DNA of 64,000 nt from Vicinamibacterales bacterium (GCA_965217045.1 CBDCHF010000007.1:211825-275824); one strand, 5' to 3'; numbered from the stretch's first letter, positions 10,215 to 20,785 are shown. Numbers and translations are program-made. The notes: generated from the letters alone by a model not told the origin.

Positions 10215-11345
10215 TCTAGATACGTGCCGCTGACACTGGCCGAATAGCCGATCGCGGCCAGCACCGAGCGAACCAGGTCGACGCGGCTTTCGGGACGAAT
10301 GTGGCCTGCGTCGGTCAGCTCATCGAGCGGCGGTCTGTTGAGGATGAGGATGTCCACCGTCTTCGCCACGCGCCAGGCGAACCGGGATGGATTCAGGTCC
10401 ACCGCCCATGGAGGAGCCGTACTCGGTGACGACCTCGATCCCGCTGGCTTGCCCGAATATCGGTCCGAGGAGGATGTCGAAGGCCGCCGTGAAGCCACCG
10501 GACGTGATCACCTTGACCCCGGGAGGTTCGTCGAGAGCGACGGGCATCAAACCCGTGGACTGAACGACCGTGGCGGCCGCATCGGAAGAGAGAAACTCGA
10601 CGAGCTTCCGGGCCGCTTCGGGATTTTCCATGTGCTCCGTCATGACGACGAGCACCGTCGCCACTTGTTGCAGCTCATCGGGTAACAGACCGGCCAACTC
10701 CGCGCCCTCGATCGGCAGGATCTCGCTCATCGCCTGAAAGCCGATCTCGGCCTCCCCACGTGCCACGACACTCGCGACCCGCTCGGTCACGACGCGTGTC
10801 GTCTTTGGCTGAATCTCTTCCCAGATCCCGAGCTCGGGCCATGCCACGGTCGACAGATACGTGCCGCTGACGCTTGCCGAATAGGCGATGGACTCCGCGG
10901 CCCGCAAGGTCTCGATGAACGCTTCGACGGTGCTAATATCCGGCTTCGGCGCGCCCGCCCGCACAGCCATGCCGGTGACGGAGCGCGCCAGGTCGACACG
11001 GGTCGCAGTTCGCAGATGCCCGGTGGCAGCCAGGTCATCGAATGCCCTGCCGTTGAAGATCAGCAGATCCGCCGTCTCACCGCGTTCCAGCCGAACCGGG
11101 ATGGATTCCGGTCCCCCGCCCATGGAGGAACCGTATTCGGTGATCACCTCGATTCCGGTGGCCTGCGCGAACATCGGCCCGAGGATGTTGAAGGCCGCCG
11201 TGAAACCGCCCGAGGTGATCACCTTGACTTGCTGGGTCTCCCGCGTTGTCGCGGTGCGCGCGACCGAGTCCTGCGCGGGGCTCGGGTACGCGACGACCAG
11301 GAGCACCGCCAGGGAGAACAAAACGGACACGGATGACTGTTTCAT
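10215..11345 (-). CDS. ModA-like (SBP_bac_11) substrate-binding protein with a second, degenerate tandem domain
   Basis: Signal peptide; VITSGGFTAAF, YGSSMG, IAYSASVSGTYL, GEAEIGFQ; motifs repeat from ~10515 but frameshift (~10362) and deletion follow. Confidence 0.8.
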
Positions 11346-11356
11346 TGCGTGCTGGG

Positions 11357-11839
11357 CTACTGCCCGTTGCCGAGGGGTCCGATGTGCTGGTTCTGGTCCG
11401 CGAACTCGAGGTGGATCGAGACGCGAGGTGCGTTGCCGACGTTCGCCGTCGTGTGCCCTTGGCCTGTCAGATCGTCGATGTATTCGACCGACCCTGCGGG
11501 CAAATCGACTTTGCCTTCCGCCACCTCGAGCTGTCCGCCACTCGTCAGATTGATGATGTATCGGCGCCCTGGAGCCACATGGTAGTCGCTGAAGCTCCCC
11601 GGCGGTGACACACGCACCCTCATGCCGGTGACCTCCTCCATCACCGACTCCGCGTTCAGCGCGATGTTTTCGACATGCGACTGTCCATCGGTGCCTGTAT
11701 AGATCCGCTGCATCAGGAACGGAGCGTCTGACGCCTGAGCCTCCACCACACCGTGACCGCCCTTGACCGCCCACCCAAGACCGAACCCGACCACAAAGGC
11801 TCCGGCCACGAATAACCTCGTCCTCGTCATGGACCTCAT
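11357..11839 (-). CDS. Exported cupin-fold protein
   Basis: N-terminal hydrophobic segment; RIYTGTDGQSH, YHVAPGRRY, DDLTGQGH; RBS GGGAGG. Confidence 0.75.
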   Translation of the reverse strand: MRSMTRTRLFVAGAFVVGFGLGWAVKGGHGVVEAQASDAPFLMQRIYTGTDGQSHVENIALNAESVMEEVTGMRVRVSPPGSFSDYHVAPGRRYIINLTSGGQLEVAEGKVDLPAGSVEYIDDLTGQGHTTANVGNAPRVSIHLEFADQNQHIGPLGNGQ

Positions 11840-11931
11840 CTGGACTTCCTCCCGCTGACAACCGACTAACAGGCACGGCGAATCCGCGTGCCGACGCATC
11901 CTCGTCACGCTCGCGTTTCGCGAATAATCGA

Positions 11932-11960
11932 ACTCTAGATGCCAACAGCAAGCCTGTCAA
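11932..11960 (-). promoter_or_regulatory. Sigma70-type promoter of the cupin-SBP operon
   Basis: Minus strand TTGACA, 17 bp, TAGAGT. Confidence 0.7.
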
Positions 11961-12084
11961 ACGTGACTCGATGGGCCTGGTGGCGCCGCAGCGACATCGA
12001 CCGTGAGTCGAGTATTCCGGCGCGGGGCTGTTCGAGGGCGCCCGGGGGGTCAGGATGGTCGGGAACGCGCTAATACGGACTATC

Positions 12085-12182
12085 GTCCCGTCGATCAGCG
12101 CCGGCTTGTCGGGCCAGCGGTCGGGCTCGTGCAGCGATATGACCGGGATCTCGATGTCGGGAAACGGGCTCCTGTAGACCAT
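12085..12182 (-). pseudogene. N-terminal stub of an acyl-CoA ligase (4-coumarate-CoA ligase-like)
   Basis: MVYRSPFPDIEIPVISLHE-PDRWPDKPALIDG with RBS GAGAGG. Confidence 0.5.
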
Positions 12183-12201
12183 CGTCCTCTCCGGCGCGGC
12201 C

Positions 12202-13028
12202 GTGGCCGGCGTGTCGCGTCTCGACGAGACGCTGAAGCGCCTGTCCGACCGCGCCGCGTCCGCGGTGGTCGCCCGCGGGCGGATCGCATCACCGGCGCTG
12301 AACGCTGCGCTCCTGCGCCGGCTGTCAGCCTCGCCCGGCGCGGCCGACGCGTTCCTGGCCGATCCGGTGTTCGAGGCCACCAGCACTTCGGAGTCGACGG
12401 ACCGCTAACTCGGAGGCCTCTCCGGCGAACTCCTGCAGCCGGAGCTCGTCGATGCGCTCGATAACGCCGGTGCGGCGCGGATGGCGCGCGACCTGCGGCC
12501 GTGGTCCCACCAGCTCGAGGCTTGGACCGCCGCGCGGGAAGGCCTGTCCTGCCTCGTCAGTTCCGGCACCGGTTCCGGCAAGACGGAGTGCTTCATGCTG
12601 CCGATGCTGGACGCGCTGCCGCGCGATCCCGCGGCGGGTCTCCTGACCGGCGTGCGCGCCATCGTGGTCTATCCCCTGAACGCGCTGATAGAGAGCCAGC
12701 GGGAGCGTCTCGCAGCCTAGACGGCGCCGCCAAAGGGGGCGGCTGCGCTTTGCGCTTTACAACGGCCTGACCCCCGAAACCAGTCGGAAGGAGGACCGGT
12801 CGCGGCTCGCCGACGCGGAGATCGGCAACCGGAAGGCCATCCGGGAGACGCCGCCCGCCATTCTCGTGACCAACATCACGATGCTGGTGTACCTGCTCCT
12901 GCGCGCCGAGGACCGTCCCATCCTTGAACACTCGCAGGGCCTGTTGCGCTGGATCGTGCTCGACGAAGCGCATGGCTTCATGGGCGCCAAAGCGGCCGAA
13001 ATGGCGCTGCTGCGGCGGCGGGTCGGAC
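12202..13028 (+). pseudogene. DEAD/DEAH helicase N-terminus, Druantia DruE-like
   Basis: FLADPVFE, PWSHQLEAW, SGTGSGKTECF, YPLNALIESQRERL, ALYNG, TNITML, WIVLDEAH; two in-frame stops, a frameshift, then truncation at an IS3 end. Confidence 0.8.
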
Positions 13029-13055
13029 TGAAGTTGACCCGATTCCGCGGAGAGG
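13029..13055. mobile_element. Orphan IS3-family terminal inverted repeat
   Basis: TGAAGTTGACCCGATTCCGCGGA resembles both ends of the IS3 at 28331-30069. Confidence 0.65.
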
Positions 13056-13374
13056 CAACGCTTTCGCCGCTGCCAGTGTCGTCAGCACGGTTCATCCCGT
13101 CGTGTGCGCGTTCGACGGGCGACGAGCCCCAAGATCTCGCGTTACCGCCAACGTCCCTCTGTTGCGCCGTTGGGGCGAGTTCGGCCGCAGTCGGTTCAGC
13201 TCGTCCTGTGAATCCAGTCCCGAGTGAGGGTGGGACATATAGGGGGGACTCACACGAGACCGCACTTTGCAAGCCGGACTTCCCGAAAAATGGGCGGCCG
13301 GCGATCTTCGCCCGCGCGGGCCCGGACGATGGCCAGCCGTGACGCCGCCACGTTCATCCGGCGGCGCCGGCTCA

Positions 13375-13596
13375 TCATGAGCCTCCCGTCTCCACGTACC
13401 GGCACGGAGCGCACCTGCCATCTAGCACCGCCAGACTCTCGAACCCGCAGACGGAGCACTTTCCCGACCTTCCCCGCGTCCCGTCCACGCCGTACCGCCA
13501 CGCCGCCTCCGAACCACTGTCCACGCCGAACGCGCCACCTGTCGGCTCCATGGCTGCACGCTTGCCACTTGGCAGTTCCGGCACATCTTCCGTCAT
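13375..13596 (-). CDS. Small hypothetical protein with CxxC...CxxC
   Basis: RBS GAGGGAG; CSVC and CAPC; stop overlaps the next ATG. Confidence 0.4.
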   Translation of the reverse strand: MTEDVPELPSGKRAAMEPTGGAFGVDSGSEAAWRYGVDGTRGRSGKCSVCGFESLAVLDGRCAPCRYVETGGS

Positions 13597-14125
13597 CGGC
13601 TCCCTCTTCCCGTCAGCCACTCACGTTCGCACAGATGCCGCGAACGATCCGGAGCATTCTTGACTTCCCATCGTCACTCGGTCGGTTCGAGACCGTCATC
13701 TTTTCGATCCGTCACGGTCGCGCGCGCCGACACGGCGGAGCGCCTTCGACCGTGACACCGGTAACCGTGGGGTCGAGCCGCCGTGGAGACGACACGCCCC
13801 GCTCGCGAGCCGGTAGCAGCTCGGCAGCCCGTCCGACGTCGGTCCAGCGCAGGGCGGCTCGCTACGAGGGACGCTGGCCAGTCGCTACCCCGCGTGTGAC
13901 GTGTAAAAGGACACGATCACGTCGACGGCGGCCGCGCCATGCCCCAGCCGCTTTCGCCCGGGCTGGTGAGCGGCGCCTTGAGGCGCGTTGGCCTCAGCTT
14001 CGCGTCTCGCTCAGCAACTCGCAGTGTCCCGCTGCTTCGTGCATGTCCTCTAAACTGACCTCGGCGTGTCCAGCTAAGTCGGTGATCGTCCGCCCACCTC
14101 CTCTTCCCGTACCATCCCATCCGAC

Positions 14126-16183
14126 ATGCCCACGACCGTTCCAAACAGATCCACCGCCCGGTACGACCATGAACAGCTCCTGGCCACGCTCAACGAACGC
14201 CAGCGCGAAGCGGTCACCGCCCCGGACGGACCGATCCTCGTCATCGCCGGCCCCGGGTCCGGAAAGACCCGCGTGATCTGCGCCCGCATCGCCCACCTCG
14301 TGCGCACCGGCCGTAGCGAGCCCGCCCGCATCGCGGCGCTCACCTTCACCCGCAAGGCGGCCAACGAGATGGCGCAACGGCTGCGCACGATGCTCCCCGC
14401 CGGCGACGCGCGAGCCGTGTGGATCTCCACCTTCCACCGCCTGTGCGGCAGCCTGCTCCGCGAGCACGGCACCGCCATCGGGGTGCCCGCCGATTTCCGG
14501 ATCGTCGACGAGACAGAACGGATGAACGTCATGCGCCAGTGCATGTTCGACGCCAACGTCGACACCCGGGTCCACAAGCCGCAGGCGCTGCTGCACCGGA
14601 TGAGCGTCATCAAGAACCGCATGCAGGTGGCCGCGACCCCCGACAACTGGGACGGGGACGAGTACGCCGTGCGCAACGCACGCCTCTGCGCCGCCTACCA
14701 GACCGTGCTCGCCGAGGCCAACGGGCTCGACTTCGACGACCTGCTGCTCGCCACGGTCCGCACGCTGCATGAGCACCCCGACGCGCGCCGCGCCGCCGGC
14801 GACCGCTTCCCGCGCGTGCTGGTCGACGAGTACCAGGACACGAACCTCCCGCAGTACGTCCTCGTGCGCCAGCTCGCCGAGGGACATAACGACGTGTTCG
14901 TGGTCGGGGACCCGGACCAGGCGATCTACGGCTGGCGGGGCGCCGAGCTGGCGAACATAATGAGCTTCCAGCGCGACTTCCCCGCCGCACGACGGATCGA
15001 CCTGCAGCTCGCCTACCGCTCGAGCGCGCGCCTGCTTGAGGCCGCCACCGCGATGATCCGCCACAACGCCGACCGCCTCGACCACCGCCTGCTCTCGGTC
15101 AACCTGTCGGGCCTGGCCCCGGCCGTCCACGACGCAGCCGACCCGACGGCCGAGGCGAGCTTCGCCGTCAGCCGCGCCGCCGCGCGGATCGTACGCGACA
15201 ACGGGTCGGTCGCGATCCTCTACCGCACCAACGCGCAGTCGAGAGCCTTCGAAACCGCCTTCAAGCGGGCCGGCATCCCGTACCGGATCACCGGCGACAA
15301 GAGCTTCTACGACCGGCCGGAGATCCGCGACGCACTCGCCTGCCTCCAGGCCGCCTCCGACCCCGACGCCGACGACGAGGCGATGCGCCGGTTCGTCGAC
15401 CTGCCGCCGCACCCGCGCACCGGCCAGAAGGCCGCCGCGCAGATCGACCGCATGCGCGCGCCCACGTTCTGGAGCCGCGCGGCACTCGCCGTACGGACCG
15501 GAACGCTGCCCGACCGCCACACCGCCAACCTGCGGCTGCGTTTCGAGCTCGCCACGGTACTCGCCGCCGCCGCCCGGCGGCTGCCGCTCGACGACCTCGT
15601 CGACACGGTGTTGCGCGAGACCGGATACCACCAGGCCGTCGGCGCCTCCGGCGACCCCGACGCGGCCGACCGGCTCGACAACCTGGCCGAGCTCGGCTTC
15701 GACGCCGCGGTCTTCCGCCGCGACGCCGGACAGACCGACACAGCAGCACCCGATGAGCGCCTGCAAGTGCTTGCGGAGTTCCTGGAACACTGCCGCTCGA
15801 TGCGCGCACCGAGGTTCGCCCGCGCGGCCGACATTCACGTGACGCTATCCACCCTCCACGGAGCCAAGGGGCTCGAGTTCGACACGGTCGTCATCGGCGG
15901 CTTCGACGCCGAGCACCTGCCGCACCGCGGCACACTCGCCTCCGCCGACGACAACCGGACCGCCGTGGAGGAAGAACGCCGGCTAGCGTATGTAGGCATG
16001 ACACGCGCCCGGTCCGAGCTGTACCTGAGCGTGCCAGCCGTCACCGGGCACGGCGCACGGCAGCGCCCCACCGAGCCATCGCCGTTCCTGACTGAAATTC
16101 CCGAGAACCTGAAAACCACCACGGACAACGCGGAAATGTCCGCAGGGCCGCTAGGACCCGAAAGGCCGGTGTTCGCAGTCTGA
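14126..16183 (+). CDS. UvrD/PcrA/Rep-family SF1 DNA helicase
   Basis: LNERQREAV, AGPGSGKT, TFTRKAA, VDEYQD, VGDPDQAIYGWRGA, YRS, LYRTNAQ, STLHGAKGLEF, EERRLAYVGMTRAR. Confidence 0.95.
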   Translation: MPTTVPNRSTARYDHEQLLATLNERQREAVTAPDGPILVIAGPGSGKTRVICARIAHLVRTGRSEPARIAALTFTRKAANEMAQRLRTMLPAGDARAVWISTFHRLCGSLLREHGTAIGVPADFRIVDETERMNVMRQCMFDANVDTRVHKPQALLHRMSVIKNRMQVAATPDNWDGDEYAVRNARLCAAYQTVLAEANGLDFDDLLLATVRTLHEHPDARRAAGDRFPRVLVDEYQDTNLPQYVLVRQLAEGHNDVFVVGDPDQAIYGWRGAELANIMSFQRDFPAARRIDLQLAYRSSARLLEAATAMIRHNADRLDHRLLSVNLSGLAPAVHDAADPTAEASFAVSRAAARIVRDNGSVAILYRTNAQSRAFETAFKRAGIPYRITGDKSFYDRPEIRDALACLQAASDPDADDEAMRRFVDLPPHPRTGQKAAAQIDRMRAPTFWSRAALAVRTGTLPDRHTANLRLRFELATVLAAAARRLPLDDLVDTVLRETGYHQAVGASGDPDAADRLDNLAELGFDAAVFRRDAGQTDTAAPDERLQVLAEFLEHCRSMRAPRFARAADIHVTLSTLHGAKGLEFDTVVIGGFDAEHLPHRGTLASADDNRTAVEEERRLAYVGMTRARSELYLSVPAVTGHGARQRPTEPSPFLTEIPENLKTTTDNAEMSAGPLGPERPVFAV

Positions 16184-16444
16184 ATACCCCACCGAAAGCG
16201 CCCTGGAACACCCCGCCACCGGCCTCACGGCCCCCCGCGCTCTCTCGAACCTCGGCGCGGGCACGACACAAACCACGGGAGGGGGAAGCGGACGGGCGAC
16301 AATGGTGGAGTCGGCTCGGCCCCGACGACGCCCCGAGCAGAGGCCACGCGGCTACTGCTGCGCAGCCCACGGCACCCCGCAAGCGTGGCTTGGCTCGTCC
16401 GGGCCGGTGCCCGGAGGCCTAACCCTAGCCTAACCCAAGGCTAA

Positions 16445-18137
16445 CCCGGATTATGCGTGAAGGTGCGGTTGAGGGGGAGACACAGGAGCCTCCGTGTGGT
16501 ACAAACGTAATGTACACAACGTTTTAGCCACAACGGAGATCCCTGCGTGACGCCTCACACGATGCCACAGACTGTTCTGTTCCCGGATCTGTTCGACAAG
16601 CCCCTCGTCGCCACGTTCAACCAGGAACACGCGAGTTCCGACGGCGGCGCCGTCCTGCTCAAGGCGGCCGAGCGCGTGTACGGCTTGGTCAAGGCGTTCG
16701 CCCGGTGTTTGGCCGACAAGCGCGCCGCGGAGAAGATTCGGCACACGTTCGCGGATCTGATCGGCCAGCGGATCTTCGGCATCGCGTGCGGTCATCCCGA
16801 TGGCAACGATGCCGACCACTTGGCCGACGACCCCATCCACAAGCTGCTGCTCGGGCGGGACCCGGTGTCCGGCGCGCCCTTGGCGTCGCAACCTACGATC
16901 TCGCGGTTCGAGAACGGCGCGACCCGCACCGCGCTCTACCGGATGGGGCGCGAGTTGGCGGCGTGCGTCATCGAGCGGCATCGGCGCCGCCTGCACGGTC
17001 GGGCGCGGCTCGTCACCATCGATCTGGATCCGACCGACGACCTGACGCACGGCGCCCAGCAGCTCACGTTCTTCAACGGGCACTATGGCGGCTGGTGTTA
17101 TCTGCCGCTGCTCGGGTTTCTGAGCTTCGACCGCGAGGCGGAGCAGTATCTGTGCGCGGCGGTGCTGCGGCCCGGCAACGCAGTGGCCGCCGACGGGACC
17201 CTCGGGCTGCTGTGTCGGCTGCTTCCGCTGCTGCGGGCGGCGTTTCCGCGGGCGCGGTTTCTCGTTCGGCTCGACGGGGGCTTTGCGACCCCGGAGGTCT
17301 TCGATTTCCTGGATGCGGAGCCCCGGCTCGACTACGTGGTGGCGATGGCGAAAAATGCGGTTTTGGAGCGGCATGCCGAATCCGCGATGCAGACGGCGCG
17401 CACGCAGAGCGAGGTCAGTGGCGAGACCGCACACGTCTATACCGACACTCGCTACGCCGCCCGCATCTGGGGCCATGAGCGCCGGGTGGTGATCAAAGCC
17501 GAAGTGGTCCGCCTCGGCGAACGTGCGCCGCGGGACAACCCGCGCTTCGTGGTGACGAACCTGCGCCAGACGCCGCGTTTCATCTACGAGAAGGTCTACT
17601 GTGCGCGGGGGGACATCGAGAACCGGATCAAGGAGTTGCTCGACGGCCTGCAGATCGACCGCACGAGCTGCTGCCGGTTCTGGGCCAACCAACTGCGCGT
17701 CTTGCTGACGGCCGCAGCCTACGTGCTGATGCAGGAGCTGCGGCTGCGGGCGGCGGGCACCGCGTGCGCCCGCACCCAGGTGACGTGGCTACGCGACCGA
17801 TTGCTCAAGCTCGGGGTCCAGGTCGTCCGCTCGGTCCGCCGGCTCGTTCTGCATCTGCCGCGGGCCACGCCGCAGCACGAGGCATGGCAGCGCATCGCCC
17901 TCGCACTCGGCGCACGTGCCGGATAGCCCATCCGTCCCGCCGCACCAAGCTCCCTCGGGGACGATACGGACCGTCTCCAGGAGAAGCTGTCGACACTCGG
18001 GCTCACCGCGCCCGGCCATCGCCCCATGGCTCGCCCCGCAACCCCCTCGCAGCCCCCAAATGACGATGGCGAAACCCTGTTCGTCGTCCCGCCACGCCCT
18101 GTCGATCCCGAATATCGAGCTTCAGGAATAATGCGGG
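16445..18137 (+). mobile_element. IS1380-family element
   Basis: IRs CCCGGATTAT / ATAATGCGGG; CTAA target duplication (16441-16444, 18138-18141). Confidence 0.92.
16547..17926 (+). CDS. IS1380-family transposase
   Basis: SSDGGAVLL, ASQPTISRFEN, IDLDPTDD, RLDGGF, YCARGDIENRIKE. Confidence 0.93.
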   Translation: MTPHTMPQTVLFPDLFDKPLVATFNQEHASSDGGAVLLKAAERVYGLVKAFARCLADKRAAEKIRHTFADLIGQRIFGIACGHPDGNDADHLADDPIHKLLLGRDPVSGAPLASQPTISRFENGATRTALYRMGRELAACVIERHRRRLHGRARLVTIDLDPTDDLTHGAQQLTFFNGHYGGWCYLPLLGFLSFDREAEQYLCAAVLRPGNAVAADGTLGLLCRLLPLLRAAFPRARFLVRLDGGFATPEVFDFLDAEPRLDYVVAMAKNAVLERHAESAMQTARTQSEVSGETAHVYTDTRYAARIWGHERRVVIKAEVVRLGERAPRDNPRFVVTNLRQTPRFIYEKVYCARGDIENRIKELLDGLQIDRTSCCRFWANQLRVLLTAAAYVLMQELRLRAAGTACARTQVTWLRDRLLKLGVQVVRSVRRLVLHLPRATPQHEAWQRIALALGARAG

Positions 18138-18141
18138 CTAA

Positions 18142-19436
18142 GGACAATGATCGATATAAAGTTATCAACTTCATCGGGGTAACAGTTTGTAATTCCATTC
18201 CCCATGGAACGTATCGCGGACCAGCGCGATTGCGTCCATCTGTTCCTTGGTCACCGTAACGCCCGTGGGATACTGCCCGGCGTCGAGTTCGGCCAGGACC
18301 CGGAGCCCGGTCGCCGTCCGGGTGTTCCCGATGCGGTCGACGATAGTCTCATGGGTCGTCAGCGGGGTGCCGCGCCAGTTCGCCGTGATGTGACAGAAGA
18401 GCCGGTGTTCGATCTTGTTCCACTTGCTGGTGCCGGGTGGAAAATGACTCACCTGGATGGTCAGTCCGGTCTCGTCGGCCAACTGTTGAAGCTCATGCTT
18501 CCAGGCGCGAGACCGATACCCGTTGCTCCCGCCCGCATCGGCCGTGACGAACAGGGCGGTGGCGTCGGGGTAGGCGCCGCAGCCCATCTGGCGCCACCAG
18601 TGGCGAATCGACGCCACCGCGAACGTCGGTGTGTCGTGGTCCCATCCCACGCTCACCCAGGCTTCGTTGCGCGCCATGTCGTAGACGCCGTACGGAATCG
18701 CCTTGCCCTCGGCGTCGGTTGGGAAATCATGGACCAACACCGCCGGCGGCGTGCCCTTCGGCTGCCATTCCCGCCCGCCGTTCTTGAAGTTTCCGACCAG
18801 CTCTTTCTTCTTCGTGTCGACCGAGATCACCGGCCGCCCCTTGGCCAGAAACGCGTCCGCGGTCGCGTTGATGTGCTCGAACTGCGCGTTACGGTCCGGG
18901 TGGCTCGCTCCCTCCTGGCGCTTGCGGGGCGATTGCAGCCGGTAGCCCAGTTGATGCAGCATCCGGCCGACGGTGGTCGAACTCACTCGCCACCCCTGTT
19001 GTGTCAGCGCCGCGGCCAGCTTCGCCCGACTCTTGCCTGTCCAGCGTAGCGGCGAGGTCGGGTCTCCGCGCGTCAGCGGGTCCACCAGCGCTTCGAGTGC
19101 GGCCAGCAGACCGGGCTGGCTCTGTTCGAGACGGGGCCGCCCGGCGCCCGGACGTCGTACCCGGTCTGTCGGCGTTTGGCCTTGCGAGATCTCCCGGCGA
19201 CCCTTCCGGATCGTCTCCCGGGCCAGACCCGTGGCCGACGAGACCAGCGCGTCCCCGCCATAGCCGATGAACAAAGACTCGGTGGCCGCCCACCGGCGGC
19301 GACTGCGCTCATCCAACACGGGCGAGACCACCGCGTACTTCGCGACGATGGTGGCTTCCAATTCCACGTTGCGCTGCATGCAACCGAAATAGACTACGAA
19401 ACCCAGAAGATAGCAAGTTAATTGCCGCCAGCGGCC
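18142..19436 (-). mobile_element. ISAzo13-family element
   Basis: Imperfect IRs GGACAATGATCG / TTGCCGCCAGCGGCC; TAA on both sides. Confidence 0.8.
18171..19379 (-). CDS. ISAzo13-family (Rhodopirellula-type) transposase
   Basis: TRGDPTSPLRWT, HPDRNAQFEHIN, ISVDTKKKE, DAGGSNG, PPGTSKWNKIEHRLF. Confidence 0.93.
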   Translation of the reverse strand: MQRNVELEATIVAKYAVVSPVLDERSRRRWAATESLFIGYGGDALVSSATGLARETIRKGRREISQGQTPTDRVRRPGAGRPRLEQSQPGLLAALEALVDPLTRGDPTSPLRWTGKSRAKLAAALTQQGWRVSSTTVGRMLHQLGYRLQSPRKRQEGASHPDRNAQFEHINATADAFLAKGRPVISVDTKKKELVGNFKNGGREWQPKGTPPAVLVHDFPTDAEGKAIPYGVYDMARNEAWVSVGWDHDTPTFAVASIRHWWRQMGCGAYPDATALFVTADAGGSNGYRSRAWKHELQQLADETGLTIQVSHFPPGTSKWNKIEHRLFCHITANWRGTPLTTHETIVDRIGNTRTATGLRVLAELDAGQYPTGVTVTKEQMDAIALVRDTFHGEWNYKLLPR

Positions 19437-19507
19437 TAACGGGATCCTCGCCGCCGATCTCTCTCACCGTGTCGAACGCTACGCGCAGAAGCTCTGGGAG
19501 CGTCGGC

Positions 19508-20724
19508 TCAGCCACGGCTGCCCTCCCCCGCCATCGCTGCCGCCATCGCCGCGCCTATCGCGCGCCGCGCGTCCGCGACTGGCGCACCGAGATCACGCAC
19601 GTAACGGTTTGCAGCCTGCTGGGAGCGATGACCCAATAACTGCTGGAGGATCGGCGCAGAGACGCCCGCGGCCGCTGCGCCGGTTGCCACGGTTCGGCGC
19701 AGATCATGCAACCTCATGTTCGACGAAACCCAGAAGATAGCAAGTTAATTGCCGCCAGCGGCCTCGACAACCCGGCCAGCTTCGCCGCCGTCATGAAGTG
19801 GGTTCGGACGGTGCGATAGGTCAGCGGCCCCCGGGCGTCGACGGAGAACACGAACGGCCTGCGGTTCACATGCGGCCGGTCCCGCAGCACGTCGAGCGCG
19901 GCGTCCGGGAAGTGATGCACCCGCCGGCCCGTCTTCGTCTCCGGCAGCGTCACCCGTCCGGTTTCGAAGTCGATATGCTCCCACCGAATCGAGCACACCT
20001 CAGAAATTCGCAGCCCGGTCAGCGTCGCGACGCGGATAGCCGCGACGCTCGCGGGAAACCGCTCGTCAAGCTGGTCAAGGGCCACCGAGAGCGCCGCCAG
20101 CTCGCCGGAATCGAGCACGCGGTCTCTCGCCTCTTCCCTCGCCCGCTCGACGCCCCGCACGGGGTTGGTGTGCTGCGGTCTCCACTCCCAGGTCTCGAAC
20201 AGGTTGAACAGCCGCGAGACGAGCGCCAGCACACGGTTGCGCGTCGCGTTCGGCAGCCGCCTGACTGCTCGTTCGACGTCCCGCCGCGTCACGTCAGCCA
20301 CGCGCCGCTTGCCGAGAGCCGGCCGGATGTAGAGCTTCGCCTGATTGCGGTAGGTCTGGAGCGTTCGCGGCGCGAGACGCCCGAGCCTGGTCCGCTCCGG
20401 GGCGTATTCCTCCAGGAACCGATCCAGCCCCTCGCCAACGTTCGGCGCTTCGCGCCCTTCGCGGCGACGCTCCAGTGGGTCAACCTCGCCCGCCCGGATG
20501 GCGACCAGCTCACGGCCCGCCCGCTCCCGAGCTTCCCGCAGCGACACCTCCGAACAACGGGCCAACGTCGCACGTCGCCGCCTGCCCTGGGTCCGGTAGT
20601 CGAGGATGAACGACTTCACGCCGGCTGGAGTCACCCGGAAACCGAGCCCCCGCACCTGCGTATCCCACACTGTGAACGTCGCCGCTCGCGGCTTCGCGTC
20701 GCGGATGATCCGTTCCGTCAGCAT
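19508..20724 (-). pseudogene. Tyrosine integrase with arm-binding domain, split by a 44-bp insertion
   Basis: N-terminal VWDTQVRGLGFRV; TGLRISE, TKTG, then in another frame RLHDLRRT, LLGH, NRY. Confidence 0.9.
19723..19763. mobile_element. 41-bp ISAzo13 terminal remnant inside the integrase
   Basis: Matches 19396-19436; flanked by TCG on both sides. Confidence 0.85.
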
Positions 20725-20785
20725 CTTCGCGCCCCCGTGCGCCGATGATGATGACGCGAATTCAGCAGGTCATCGGCGCAAGCCT

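Noticed and set aside
10320-12386. 688-aa ORF
   Set aside because: Only 11345 downward is the SBP; the upstream part is off-frame read-through across the cupin and other remnants
13994-15838. Long antisense ORFs here and at 39-1196, 26932-28578, 48296-49825, 51550-53703, 57346-59031
   Set aside because: Shadows of real genes on the opposite strand, expected at high GC; no motifs
16418-16448. Telomere-like CCTAACCC repeats or a CRISPR remnant
   Set aside because: Only about three short copies and no spacers; no repeat-spacer array or cas gene anywhere in the window
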